This document shows, piece after piece, positions 11,497-23,594 of a stretch of 63,739 bases of DNA. Position 1 is the first letter of the stretch. Each line of letters begins with the position of its first letter. Source of the stretch: Rhynchobatus australiae (Eukaryota). A model generated the notes under the pieces. That model searched no databases. It was not told the DNA's origin and worked only from the letters and a program-made list of their open reading frames with translations. The DNA lies in assembly GCA_034780895.1 (NCBI GenBank), contig JAUZTB010000076.1, positions 38,274,867 to 38,338,605 on the forward strand, given 5' to 3'. Made by a program: the position numbers and the translations under genes.

Positions 11497-11619
11497 AATA
11501 TATTTTTTAGCTAGCTAAGAGTAAAGAATACTTAAAACAATTGAGCTATGTAAGAAAATCTTAATTTATAGACTGAGATTATTAATTATTTTTTATTTTC
11601 TTATGTTACATGATTTAAG

Positions 11620-11910
11620 ATAAGATTTCTTTATTAGTCACATGTACATCAAAACACACAGTGAAATGCATCTTTGCGTAGAGTATTCTGGGGGCAGCCC
11701 ACAAGTGTCGCCACGCTTCTGGCGCCAACATAGCATGCCCACAATTCCTAATTGTATGTCTTTGGAACGTGGGAGGAAACCGGAGCACCCGGAGGACACC
11801 TACACAGTCATGGGGAGAACGTACAAACTCCTTACAGACAGTGGCTGGAACTGAACCCGGGTTGCTGGCGTTGTAATAGCGTTACACTAGCTGCTACGCT
11901 ACCATGCCAC
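11620..11910 (-). mobile_element. tRNA-derived V-SINE, near full length
   Basis: Minus strand shows head GGTAGCGTAGC, B-box-like GGGTTCAGTTCC, V-domain GGAGTTTGTACGTTCTCCCC...GGTGCTCCGGTTTCCTCCCAC...CCAAAGAC, and a tail ending AATAAAGAAATCTTATCTT. Confidence 0.85.
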
Positions 11911-11929
11911 CCCACATGTTACATGTGTT

Positions 11930-12260
11930 AGAACAACAGCAGCAACTTATTTATTTAATGCAGAACATTCTAAGGTACTTCACAGAACACTGTCAAACAA
12001 AATTAAACAGTCAGACATTCAGGGAGATTGAAGGGTCTGGTCAAAGAGGTAGGTTTCAAAGAGGGCTTTAAAGGAAGAAAGAGAAGTGGAGATATTAAGG
12101 TTGAGGAGAGGGGTTTGAGAGTTTAGAAGCTTGGCAGCTGGAGACGCAGCTGCTGAATGATGGAAAACTAAATTAAGGGAAGTTCAGGAGGCCAGAATTG
12201 GGAGAGTGCAGGTGTTTCAGAGGTTTGTGGGATTGTAAAAGATTACAGAGGTAGCAAGAG
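11930..12260 (-). mobile_element. L2-like LINE 3' end remnant
   Basis: GGTCAAAGAGGTAGGTTTCAAAGAGGGCTTTAAAGGAAGAAAGAG pattern, with a (CAA/CAG)-rich tail at the left end. Confidence 0.5.
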
Positions 12261-12369
12261 ACAGTGGAGGGATTTATAAAGAAGGATGGCAATTTTAATA
12301 TTGAAGCATTCCAGTTCAAAGGTAAAGAGATGAAGTATGTATGTAGAATTTTTCACATTCTCAGAATAT

Positions 12370-12960
12370 CTCAAACAGTTTTAAGGTCAGGTAAAGATAT
12401 TTTTAAGGTGGGATTACTGATAAAATGCAGGAAATCTGACAAATAATATGCACATAGCAAGATCCAATAAACAGCAATGTAATGATTAGATAATCAGTTT
12501 TAATGATATGAAGATTAAATATCACCTAAGACATTAGGGATAATCCCTCTGCTGTTCTTAAACATGGTGTCAGGGGACTTTAAATCCACATGAGAGAATT
12601 GATGATGTGCCCAAGGTTAGCAGGTGGTAGTGAATGGGGTACAGCTGCATGTTGAAGTTTGAGCCAGGTTGGCAGCACTTAAAACTTGCAAGAATATCAG
12701 CCTTTAGTTATAAACTCAGTTCCATTGTGCAAACAAACATGTAGCCAGTGGCTGGTATTCTCTAAAGCGTTTGTTGCTGCCATCTGGAGTTAAAATTCTC
12801 TCAGCTCTCAGTTCAATACGTCACCTGGAAGAAGCCATTTCAAACAGCAAGCCTTTGACATTTCAGCCTAGATTTTATGCTGCATCCTCTAGAATGGGAC
12901 TTAAATCCACATCCTTCAGATTCCAAGGCAAAAGTGCTAACCATTGCATCAAGTTGACAC
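12370..12960 (-). mobile_element. Deu-domain SINE, split by intervening sequence
   Basis: Body ATGCACATAGCAAGATCCAATAAACAGCAATG...GATAATC (about 12450-12600) and head TCAGCCTAGATTTTATGCT...GGGACTTAAATCCACATCCTTCAGA...AGTGCTAACCA (about 12863-12960). Confidence 0.6.
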
Positions 12961-12990
12961 CTTAAGTAATCCTTTAAATGCTTTCTTTAG

Positions 12991-13098
12991 CAGAAGGTGC
13001 ACCATACAGGAAAGTCACAGATTCTGGGCAAAATTAGCTGCTCTCCCTGCATCTGTGGTAAGGAAGAACACTTAAATTCTTTAGAAGGCTTGGGACAG
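12991..13098 (+). CDS. Candidate internal exon of the C1orf141-like gene (108 nt, phase 0-0)
   Basis: Acceptor CTTTCTTTAG| and donor CAG|GTAAGG; open frame QKVHHTGKSQILGKISCSPCICGKEEHLNSLEGLGQ. Phase does not match the 11479 donor. Confidence 0.3.
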
Positions 13099-13809
13099 GT
13101 AAGGATCAAATACAGGATCCTATGACACTTGCCTAAAAACATTGCAAGCTGATGCTATAATGATAAGAGCAAGCTTGGTTGTCTTCTCACCTACTTTAAC
13201 AGCCTGCTGATGTTATGCCTATATCTCCAAATTTCTTTACTGCTTTAAGATCTGTTGTGCTTTGATGAACTACTGAAATATTTTCATTCTTTCATATTGC
13301 CCCAATTTAAATCCAACCCATCTGTGGGAATTGGATAGAAGTGAAAAATCACAAATCATTGACAGCCCTGTTCTTATCAGAGACCCAATCATTTTTTGCC
13401 TTCCACAAGATTTACTTAAAATTCTTTCCTGATGTTTTGAAAGAGATTATTTTGAAATGTCCCTCATAATATATGCCTTATTGGGGAGAAGGTTTCTTTT
13501 AGTTTGCTCCCACATTCAATAGTTTCTGAAATGAGAAGAGCCAAGTTGGGTGGCACTAAGAAAAAGCAAGGGGCAGAAAACAATGATGAGAGTTGTCCTT
13601 GGGTCCTCCCACCAGTTGTAGTAACGTAGGGCATTGCATAAAACAGGAAATGAGAAACACGTGTAACCAAGTACTATAATAATCATGGGGAACTTTAATC
13701 TACATATAGACTGGGGAAAAAAAATTAGTAGTAAGAGGGTGGAGGACTGATTCAAAGACCATCCCATAAACATTCCATGTTGAGGAAACAACTAGGGAAC
13801 AATAAATGA

Positions 13810-16790
13810 AAATCAAAAACCAGAAGATGCTGGAAATCTGAAATAAAACAGAAAATGCAAACACTTAGCTGATAAGACAGCATCAGTATAAGGAGAATCA
13901 GAGTTAATACTTCATTTCGAAGACCCTTTGTTAGAACTGGGAAGATTGCAAAAAAAGTTAGTTTTAAGTTGCAGAGAGGGTGGGGAAGAATGTTTAGGAT
14001 AAAAGGACTATCCCGACAACATGAGGCCAGGGTTACCAACAGGTTCAGGGGCCGATAAAGCTGTCTGATTGATATATTAATGAGGACAGTTAGAGTAAGG
14101 AAAAAAAAACACAGTAACATATAAAAGCAGTGCAATGCAGGTCAAAGCTATAGGATATGTTGAGAAGATCAGGCAATATTGGTAGGGAGAGACAAAGTTA
14201 TGCAGATGGATAATCTTCCGCAAAACTGGTTATTTCTGATACAAATTAAGAAAGCGAGTTACCTGAAATTATTAAATTCAATGTAGAGTCCACAAGGCTG
14301 TAAAAAGCCCAGATGGAAAAATGAGGTGCTGTTCTCAAGTTTACATTGGGCTTCATTAGCACTGTGCAAGAGATCAGAGTGGGAGTGGGATTAAAGTAAC
14401 AGGAAGTTCAAGGATGCTCTAGCAAAGTGGTTACCCATTCTGCATTTGATTTCTCCCATGTAGAGGAGACCACATCATGAGCACCCAATGCTGTTCACTA
14501 GATTTGAAGAAGTGCAAGTGAATCACTGAAATGACTGTTTCTCTTAATGTTGAAAAGGGAGGAGGTAAAAAGACAGGAGTTGTATCCCCTCGGGTTGCAT
14601 CAGAAAGTATTAAGAGAAGTGGAGTAGATGGTAGAACTACAAGAGCAAAATGAACAGTGCTTTTGGAATATTGAAAGGGGAGGGGAAACTATGCCAGGTG
14701 GTGGAATCTTGCTGAAGGTGGCAGAAACTGTAAAGGAGAAACCGTTGAAGGTAGCTTAGAAATTGAGGACTAAGGGAACTNNNNNNNNNNNNNNNNNNNN
14801 NNNNNNNNNNNNNNNNNNNNNNNNNNNNNNNNNNNNNNNNNNNNNNNNNNNNNNNNNNNNNNNNNNNNNNNNNNNNNNNNATCCTTGCTTTGTCTGGGAG
14901 CAAAGGGGATGAGAGCAGAGGTGTGGGCAACAGATAAGGCATGGTCAACTATGGTAGAGAGAAAAGCCATGGCTAAGGAGAAAGGAAGACATCTCAGAGG
15001 CATCTAGGTGAAAGACTCATCATCAAAGTGGAAATAGAGGAACTGGGAGAATGGATTGGAATTTTTACAGGAGGCATGGTGGGAGGAAGTACTGTTGAGA
15101 CATGCAAACATAGAAGGAACAATTAGCAGGTTTGCAGATGACTCAAGAATTGGTGGTATTGTGGATAGCGAGGAAAGTTGTCTAAGACCACAGCAGGACA
15201 TAGATCAGATGGAAAGTTGGGCAGAGTGCTGGCAGATGGATTTAATCTCAACAAGTGCAAGGTGATGTATTTTGAGAAGTCAAACAGGAGTAGGACATAT
15301 TAGTATAAATGGTAGGGTGCTAATGGTGATGAATAGAGGGACCTTGGGGTTCATGTTCCTAGTTTCCCGAAATAAGCAACACAGGTAGATAGGGTGATTA
15401 AGAAAGCATATGGCATGCTTGCCTTCATAGGTTGGAGCACAGAACATAAAAGTTGGGACATTTTGTTGCAACTTTACAAAACACACTGGTTAGACCACTA
15501 TTGTGTGCAGTTCTGGTCACCACACAATAGGAAGGATGTGGCTGCATTGGAGAGAATGTAAAGGAGATTCACTAGGACGTTGCCTGGATTGGGGGACTTT
15601 AGTTATGGTGAGGGATTGGATGGGCCAGGTTTGTTTTTCCTGGAGCAAAGGAAGCTGAGGGGTGATCTGATGGAAGTATATAAAATTACAAAAGACGTAG
15701 ATAAGAGTAAATAAATGGTCAAAATCTTTTCCCCTTGATAGGGGTATCAAAAAGAAGAGGGCATAGATTTAAGGTGAGGGGAAGGAGCTTTAAAGGGGAT
15801 TTGATGGGGATGTTTTTTTTTAAACAGAACGGTTGATATCTGGAACTCACTGCCAAAAGAAGTGATGGAATCAGATATAATTACTATGTTTAAAAAAATA
15901 TTTAGGTAAGGCATAGAAGAAGACAGACCAAATATGAACAGATGAGATTAGTGTACATGAGTGAAAAGGTCAATACAGATATAGTGGACCGAAAGGCACA
16001 TTTCTGTGCTGTACAAGTCTATGTCTCTATGATTGTAAGATAGTGTCGCAATATGTGAGTTTGTGATGAATGTTCATCACTAACCTATCCCTTGAAATGG
16101 AAGCAGAGAGATCCAGAAAAGGAAGGGAAGAGTCCAAGATGAGTTGAGGCAGGGGGCTTGAATAGGATCAAAACAAGGACTGTTCGATTTATCCTACAAA
16201 AAAAATAGGCATAGCTTGGGGCTTGTGAATACACATAGAAACCCTTTAATCTGGAGAAAGTGAGTACAGTTGAACAAGAAGTTGTTCGATGTAAAAAGGA
16301 GTTCAGCTAGGAAAATTAGTGTCTTTATGGAGGGAAACTGGTTGGGCCTCTGCTTAAGGAAAAAGCTGAGGGCCCTCAGACCCTCCTGATGTATAATGCT
16401 AGTGCAGAGGGATTCTACATCCATGGTATGGCTGACTAGGTTAGGATCTGGAAAGTGGAGACCGTCAAAGTGTGGAGAGCATCAGAGCACTCACAGATGC
16501 AAGTGGGACTGGACTGGGGAAAAAAGATGCAGTCAGTATAGGAAGACTGTATAGGAAGAAATAATTTTGATGGGCAAAAGCAGACTGAAACAATAGGTCT
16601 GTCAAGACAAACCTGGTTGTGGATTTTGGAAGTCAAAGTGGGCTGAGTGGGTGACTAGATAGCTGGAGGCTTTGGAGGGAAGATGTCCAGGGAAATGACA
16701 TCCATGGCTGTTTGGGAGACAATGGTGTTTATTTTCAATGGTGGGATCATGCTCCAGAGGGAGGTAGGAGGAGAGCTGATGATTGAATGT
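13810..16790 (-). mobile_element. Penelope-like element (RT + GIY-YIG + terminal repeat), interrupted by a CR1
   Basis: RT text MDVESLCTSIIHQEGLRALSFFLKQRPNQFPS...LAELLFTSNNFLFNCTHFLQIKG (16194-16424). GIY-YIG text FTCTSSNL...CGLLYMGE near 14450-14520. Terminal AGATGCTGGAAATCTGAAATAAAACAG near 13825. Confidence 0.8.
15100..16030 (+). mobile_element. CR1 LINE 3' portion nested in the Penelope element
   Basis: ISRFADDSRIGGIVDSEESCLRPQQDIDQMESWAECWQM, YCVQFWSP-like text, and CR1 3' terminus TTCTGTGCTGTACAAGTCTATGTCTCTATG. Confidence 0.85.
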
Positions 16791-18372
16791 GGAAAGATCT
16801 TGGTATGTTAAGGTATTCAATGGAAAGAGGCTTAGTACAGGAAATTGGCACTGTGGTAAAAAGTCAGTCATGATTTTATTGAATGGCAGACGTCATGAAG
16901 GGCCAAATGGCCTATTCCTGCTCTTCTTAAGTTTATCCAAGTTATAGGGAATCAAAACTAGGGTAGATCAAGACAAAGAGGGCTATGTGATCTCAATGAA
17001 AGAGGTGAAGAGGAAATTGGAAAGGCTAATAATTACTGTTCTTTACTGGGTGCCTCATAACAGCTGGCTACAGGGAGTTACAATGCCAGTCTGTCAATAA
17101 TCTGTGCTAAATGTCCTAACAGAACTCAAAATGAGCAGGAAGGATTCGGTAAATGTATCCTAAAAAATTGTAAATTATTTACTGAAAGTAATATTAGATA
17201 TGTAGTTGGATCTTTGCCAAAATGTTTAACCCGCCACTACTGGACTTTGTTATAGGTATAGAAGATTCTGACTCAGTGCCTTGATTGCTCTTTCTTCTCA
17301 TCAGAAAATGACCTGGTCAGCACGCTCTCCAAACACTTCCAGTTGTTGGCCTATTATTCATTGTTCACACTAGCAGTATTGCTGAAAGTGATTTACTTTT
17401 ATGTAGCAATAAAAACTGCACAACGCTCATTTTTCAGTATTAGAAGTATGAGTGTCTATGACATATATGATATATTTTTGTTTGCAAGATAATGCTAAAT
17501 TTATTTTTCCTGTCTTTTACTGCATGTGTGCAGATTCCTTGATAATGGTTATTCCCACAACAAACCTTTGTTAGTCTCACTGTGTTAAATCACAACACTA
17601 TCAGAAGAGAATTGCACAGCATTCATATTTCATATTTACTGGGACAAGACTAACCAATGATTGCCAACAAATTTCAGTTAAAAGAGACACCCTGAAATTC
17701 TAAGGAGTTTCTCATTGTCTTGTAATATCTAGGGAAAGGGAAATTGTTTTTTTTTGTTGCCTTGTGTCTAAGAATTCTACAAAAGTAAATAAATACTCAG
17801 AAATAATTGAGTAGAATTTCTGTATGATTTGCCACATCCTCTGAAGTATTCTTGGATCATTCATCAAAAATAATGTGGATGGATCAGAATAATCCCTGCT
17901 AAAATAAACAACTTCTAGATTTTCTAAGATNNNNNNNNNNNNNNNNNNNNNNNNNNNNNNNNNNNNNNNNNNNNNNNNNNNNNNNNNNNNNNNNNNNNNN
18001 NNNNNNNNNNNNNNNNNNNNNNNNNNNNNNTCTAGATTTTCTAAGATGTAGGAAGGCAGAGGGCTTGTATTTAATATAAATTCTATAGCTTGGTTCTCAA
18101 GCTCTGAGATGTATTCTAACTCTACCCACGTAAGTGTAATGTTTGAGAAATAATTGGTTCCACCAGGATTTTTAATACCATTTTTAAAAGCGATAGTCAG
18201 AGCTAATATAACTAATAACATGCATTACCAGTAAATCTAGTGTTATGCTCTTAAATTAGCTCAGTAATGATGCACTACAGTGATTAGACAATAAGTAACA
18301 CGTTATTTCAAGCTGTATTTGCTTGGCTTTTGTGATTAACCATGCATGGCCATTCTGACTGTCTCGGGCTAG

Positions 18373-18575
18373 AGAAATTAAATGCAGAGATGAGGCAAAT
18401 AAACAGGAAAGTGAAAAGGGAGCAAATAAAGGAAAGGAAAATAATAACACTGAAAAACAGAATAAAAAGGAATTGAAAGCCAATCATCATTCAACACCTA
18501 CTCCAAAAAAAGTTGAAATTTATGACTCAAGCACAAAATCCAAGCAAAATTTAAGCCTTTCTGGACCAAAGAGTG
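18373..18575 (+). CDS. Candidate K/E/N-rich exon, possibly of the C1orf141-like gene
   Basis: About 67 open codons EIKCRDEANKQESEKGANKGKENNNTEKQNKKELKANHHSTPTPKKVEIYDSSTKSKQNLSLSGPKS between GGGCTAG| and G|GTATTT. Composition resembles the large exon; splice sites are only moderate. Confidence 0.4.
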
Positions 18576-19454
18576 GTATTTTATTGGAGAGCTTTCATTG
18601 TTTTCAGTTGTTCAGAGTATGGCTAAGAAAATGGTAATGATGGAACCAACCCTAACCAATAAAGAAGAATAGGAAAGTGTATTGCCAGTAACTGACTCTC
18701 CTCAACATATATTCTCACTTACCAGAGTATTTGAAGTCTGACACTGATTCTCTTCAACCGACTACAGAAAGGAAGGCACCACATATATTGTGAATATAGC
18801 TGTAATATATATCATGCTGTTTTTTTAATCATTTAGGAATAAAAGCCATCTCTTGATGAAGAAAATTATAGACTAGTACATTCAATCCATCAAGCCTGCA
18901 CTTTGAAGGACAATCCNNNNNNNNNNNNNNNNNNNNNNNNNNNNNNNNNNNNNNNNNNNNNNNNNNNNNNNNNNNNNNNNNNNNNNNNNNNNNNNNNNNN
19001 NNNNNNNNNNNNNGATATAGTAGTAGTAAAACTGAAAATACTGAAAATACTCAGCAGGTCTGGCAGCAACTATTGAAGAGAGAAAAGTAGTTAATACTTC
19101 GGGTAGCTAATCTTTCCTCAGAACTGAAAAAAGTTATAAGATGCAGAGAAGGGAAAGGGAAGAGTATAAGAGACTAAGTTACCGAAATGGTGATGGCGCC
19201 AGCTGAGAGGGAGTGGTGAAAGCTTGTTAAATAAAGCTGATCTGTGGGATGTAAATAGGAGGAGATGAATGAAAAGGCAAAAGAAAACCATAATTTAAAA
19301 GACTAATTAAGAATATGTTAGGTGTTTAATATATTCCAATGTTTGTAAATGTTAGAGACGTTCAAAGAAGTTCCTGCATTTTGACAGCTGGTTTAGCCTT
19401 GGGCATGGCTTATCCAGCTGCCATAGCATTTTTATGGGATTCATAATTGCAAGG

Positions 19455-19755
19455 CCTGCACTTCACACATCTGGTATACTGCATTGAGCATTCACAATAT
19501 GGTCTCTTCAATATTGGAGAAAATAATCTCAAATTTTGTGATTACTTTGTGGAGCACCTATGATCAGTCTGCAGGGCTGATCCTGAACTTCCAGTTGCCT
19601 GCCATCCTACTCCCACTCTGACCTATCAGTCTGTAGCCTTCTGCACTACTACAATGGGGCCCAATGCAAGTTTGAAGTACAGCACTTCATTTTACATCTG
19701 GGCACATTGCAACCTTCTGAACTCAGTATTTAATTCTCCAGCTTCAGGTAACTTG
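19455..19755 (+). mobile_element. Penelope GIY-YIG endonuclease remnant
   Basis: LVYCIEHSQYGLFNIGE...FVEHL...PELPVACH...QCKFEVQHFILHLGTLQPSELSINS. Confidence 0.7.
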
Positions 19756-19904
19756 ATTTCTCTCTGTCTGTATTAGTCGTCCACCTGTGACATTTGCTCA
19801 GCTTATTTGGTTTGTTCCCCTTTTAATGGTAATTAAAAGTCTACACGATCACATTGGTGTCTTTCATGTAGCATCTCCCAGCCTTTAACAGTCGGCGTAA
19901 TATT

Positions 19905-20152
19905 AAACATGGTATTGGTTTATTATTTACTTGAACCGAGGTACAGTGAAAAACTTGTTTTGCATTCCAATGGTACAGGTCAGTTCATTACACAGTGCAG
20001 TTACATTGAGTTAGTACAGAGTGCATTAATGTAGTACAGGTAAAAACAATAGCGGTACAGAGTAAAGTGTCTCAGCTACAGAGAAGGTGCAGTGCAATAA
20101 GGTGCAAGGTCACAACAAGGTAGATCGTGAGGTCAGAGTCCATCTTATCGTA
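19905..20152 (-). mobile_element. Rex1/Babar-type LINE 3' UTR
   Basis: Closely similar to 21455-21660 (GGTACAG.GAAAA.CTTG...CAGCTACAGAGAAGGTGCAG...CAATAAGGTGC). Confidence 0.65.
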
Positions 20153-20379
20153 NNNNNNNNNNNNNNNNNNNNNNNNNNNNNNNNNNNNNNNNNNNNNNNN
20201 NNNNNNNNNNNNNNNNNNNNNNNNNNNNNNNNNNNNNNNNNNNNNNNNNNNNTTAAAAGGAAGAGTCATATTACAGGATCTAGCATTTTTTTTTAAGTGA
20301 ATAATTGCCAGGATCAGATAAAATACATCCTAAGAAGTGATACAGACACTGACAATAATTTACCACTGTACCTTGGTTA

Positions 20380-21180
20380 AAGGCAATATGATGTGGTTGT
20401 GAAAGACTGTTGATGTGGTACTGTTGTTTAAGATGACAATAGGTAAACTAACTACAGATTAGTCACTCTGATGTAAGTGGTGGGTAAAGCATTCAAAAAA
20501 TTCTAAGGAATTACATAAATCAGCATTGAGAGGCACAGGTTAAGGCAGTAGCCTAACTTAATTGGACTTCTTGAGGAAAGAACAAGCAGCAACCAGAATA
20601 GAACGTTTGATTTAGTACACATCAAATTCAGCATTTGACAAAGTCTTGATTCATTAAGAGAATCAAAGCTCATGGAAAAGGGGAAAATGGCAAATTGATT
20701 TAAAATTGGCTTTGTGGCAGAAAGCAAAGGCTAATGCTTGATGGAAATTTTAATGACTGCTGTATTTTAAAGTATGCAGTGAGGATTTTATGCATTTTGT
20801 GGTATATGTAAAATGGTTAACTATTAAGAAGTCTGTTGATGATACCAAGAAATGGTCAAGTGGTTGAATGAGGAAGACCACTGTAAACTACAGGAAGCTG
20901 TCAACAGACTGGTCAGGAGAATGCAGAAGTGCTAAATGGAATTAATTTAGAAGTGAAAATGAATGCATTTGGGAAGGCGAACAAGGCAAAGGAATGCACA
21001 ATAAATGGTAAGATATTAAAGAAGCATTAAAAAGATCTTGGAATGCATGTCTGCAGATCCCTGAAAGTGACAATGCAGGTTGATAAGCTGGTTTAGGTAC
21101 TATGAGATGCTTGCCTTTATTGGTCAAGGCAAAGAATATAAAAGCAGTGGCGATGCTGGACTGCTGGAAACATTAGTGGC
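20380..21180 (+). mobile_element. Highly decayed CR1 RT
   Basis: GCATTTGACAAAGT, CTGTTGATGATACCAAG (ADDTK-like) and ATGCTTGCCTTTATTGGTCAAGGC CR1 landmarks. Confidence 0.65.
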
Positions 21181-21199
21181 CATAACTAAAATAATGTAC

Positions 21200-21450
21200 A
21201 TTCACATTTGTTTACAACATAGGAGGCCATTTCCACCCAGAGTCCAAGCAATCCCATTCCTCCACTAACCTTTTCTTCTCCCATTTCCATCAACTCCTCC
21301 CAGATTCTACCCCACCCACACAGTACGGGCAAATTACAATGGTCAACCGGCATGTCTTTGGGGTGTGGTAAGAAACCAGAGCACCAGTGGAATTCCAAGT
21401 AGTCGGAGGGAGAATGTGCAAACTCCACACAGACTGTACAAGAGGTCATA
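21200..21450 (-). mobile_element. V-SINE fragment
   Basis: V-domain on the minus strand: GCATGTCTTTGGGGTGTGGTAAGAAACCAGAGCACC...GGGAGAATGTGCAAACTCCACACAGAC on plus. Confidence 0.75.
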
Positions 21451-21454
21451 ATTA

Positions 21455-22035
21455 GTATTGGTATATTATTGTCTCTTGTACCAAGGTACAGCGAAAAGCT
21501 TGTCTTACAAACCGATCATACAGGTCAATTTATTACACAGTGCAGTACAGAGTGCATTGATGTACTACAGGTAAAAACAATAACAGTAGAGTAAGTGTCA
21601 TAGCTACAGAGAAAGTGCAGGGCAATAAGGTGCGAGGTCATAGTCCACCTCATTGTATAAGGGACTGTTCAATAGTCTATCACCAGGGGGTAGAAATATC
21701 CTTAAGTCTGGTGGTACATGCCTTCAGGCTCCTGTATCTTCCACCTGATCAAAGAGAAGAAAATGTCCCAGGTGGGTGGGGTCTTTGATTATGCTGGCTG
21801 CTTCACCAAGACAGCGAGAGGTAAAGACAGAGTCCAAGGAGGGGAGGCTGGTGTCCATGATGCACTGGGCTGTGTCCATAACTCTCTGCAGTTTCTTGCG
21901 GTTCTGGGCAGATCAGTTGCCATACCAAGCCGTGACACATCCAGATAGGATGCTTTCTATGGTGCATCAGTAAAAGTTGGTGAGAGTCAAAGGGGACAAA
22001 CCTAATTTCTTTAGCCTCCTGAGGAAGGAGAGGTC
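21455..22035 (-). mobile_element. Rex1/Babar-type LINE 3' end (DUF1891-like region)
   Basis: Minus strand reads FLRRLKKLGLSPLTLTNFY*CTIESILSGCVTAWYGN, followed by the 3' UTR. Confidence 0.8.
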
Positions 22036-23550
22036 TGATAAATATTTCACTGCAGCTCGTTACTTTGATTGCAACTTTCTTTAAAATAATCACTTGTGAC
22101 CTCTGTGGTATGACCAATGACCTCTTGATGAGCCTGCATCTTGCAATGTTTTGGAAACACATATATTTCCAATATTTTATCAATAAATTTCCTTTCTTAA
22201 AGTACACTTAATTTTGAGAGTCAATCAGGTCAGTTCATCAGGGTTTGGAGTATCCAGACACACGTTTAGTGTACAATAAAAGGATAAACTCTACCTTCTG
22301 GGTACATGATTTATAAGTTTCTTGACCTGTAGCGCATGCCTATGAATAAGACTAATTTATGTAATCAAGCCTCATTTTACATTTAATCTACTTCTCACAT
22401 TTTGTTAATACATCTACTTTCTGAAAGTAAATTACTAATCACTTCGAGGTAGAAATTTCCCCCTGTATGCTGGCTCTGCCTGAGATGGTGGAGAACAATG
22501 GGCAGCTTTCTTATCCCTGTTTTGTACTAGGTCTGATATTTTGCTGAGGATATCTGATGCTCTGCTAGTCCACAGCAAAAACACAAGGTATATATCATAT
22601 AAATGTTGCAGGAAGGTTTTTTGTACCCCAGACTTCTGATGTGTATGCCATCTGTAATAATGGTGTATCATTATTAGAGGTATGTTAAGTCTAAAAGTGT
22701 ACAAAATAAATTCAAATGTACATACTCTGACATTCGTTCCAAATTTACACTTTTCTTCATTTAGCTATTGTCCCAATTCAACTTTCATTAATTTACCTTT
22801 TTCTGCTCTATATGGATTGGAATATCAATGTTTTTTATTTCTTCCATTTCACAAGATGGCAAACAAACCAATAATCTTGTTCAGCAGAGTCAGTTTTTTC
22901 CAGATCAAATCATGGGGGAACCATGAGGCATTCCAGAATCTATGCCAAAGACAAAGTAAGGAGAAATTCTTCCACCTGAAACAGATGCTTTACGTGTGAG
23001 TAGTGACCCTAACCTAGGATACTTATTTAGATATCAAGTCACAGACTTAATATCTGAGTCCTATAAAATGTCAAATGAGTGTAGTTCAGGTGACTATCAA
23101 TGTTAATGTAGAATGTTTGGATTCAATCTGAAAAAGAGATCTGCAAACCATCTTCCTGGCTGGCATTCTCCTTAGATTGCAAATAAGGTGTGTAAATATT
23201 AATTGCAATATTTAGTCCAGTTCAAACTTTGAGAAACCACTTTGGCATTTAAATATCTAGAAAGAGTTTAGAATTCTTCCGATGAAAAAAATCTCCCCTA
23301 TTGTAATGAAATTCACCCCATAATTGTCCAATGCTACCACCTGCTGATCAATTTTATGATGGTTTACCCCATGTCTAATTTTGATCCCTTCTCTTCTGAA
23401 GACCTTACTCATGTTGGAGGACAACCCAATCAGTGTGTGCTGTTGCTTCGCTCTCCATTATGTTGCCATAGGGCAATACAGTGAGTGGCTGGATTTTCAT
23501 ATACAAAAAAGAGGTTCAGAAATAAAAAGAGAAAAATGGAATGGCATGGT

Positions 23551-23594
23551 TTACAGCCACAATCTCATCCCCTTACAGCCACAATCTCATCCCC
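23551..23594. repeat. Perfect 22-bp tandem duplication
   Basis: TTACAGCCACAATCTCATCCCC occurs twice in tandem. Confidence 0.95.

Noticed and set aside
11840-11910. tRNA-like A/B boxes as a tRNA gene
   Set aside because: They form the head of a V-SINE, followed by the V-domain and tail.
12771-12965. ORF containing KPLTFQ, similar to C1orf141 IPLTFDF
   Set aside because: It is in the wrong order (downstream of the large exon) and overlaps a Deu-SINE head.
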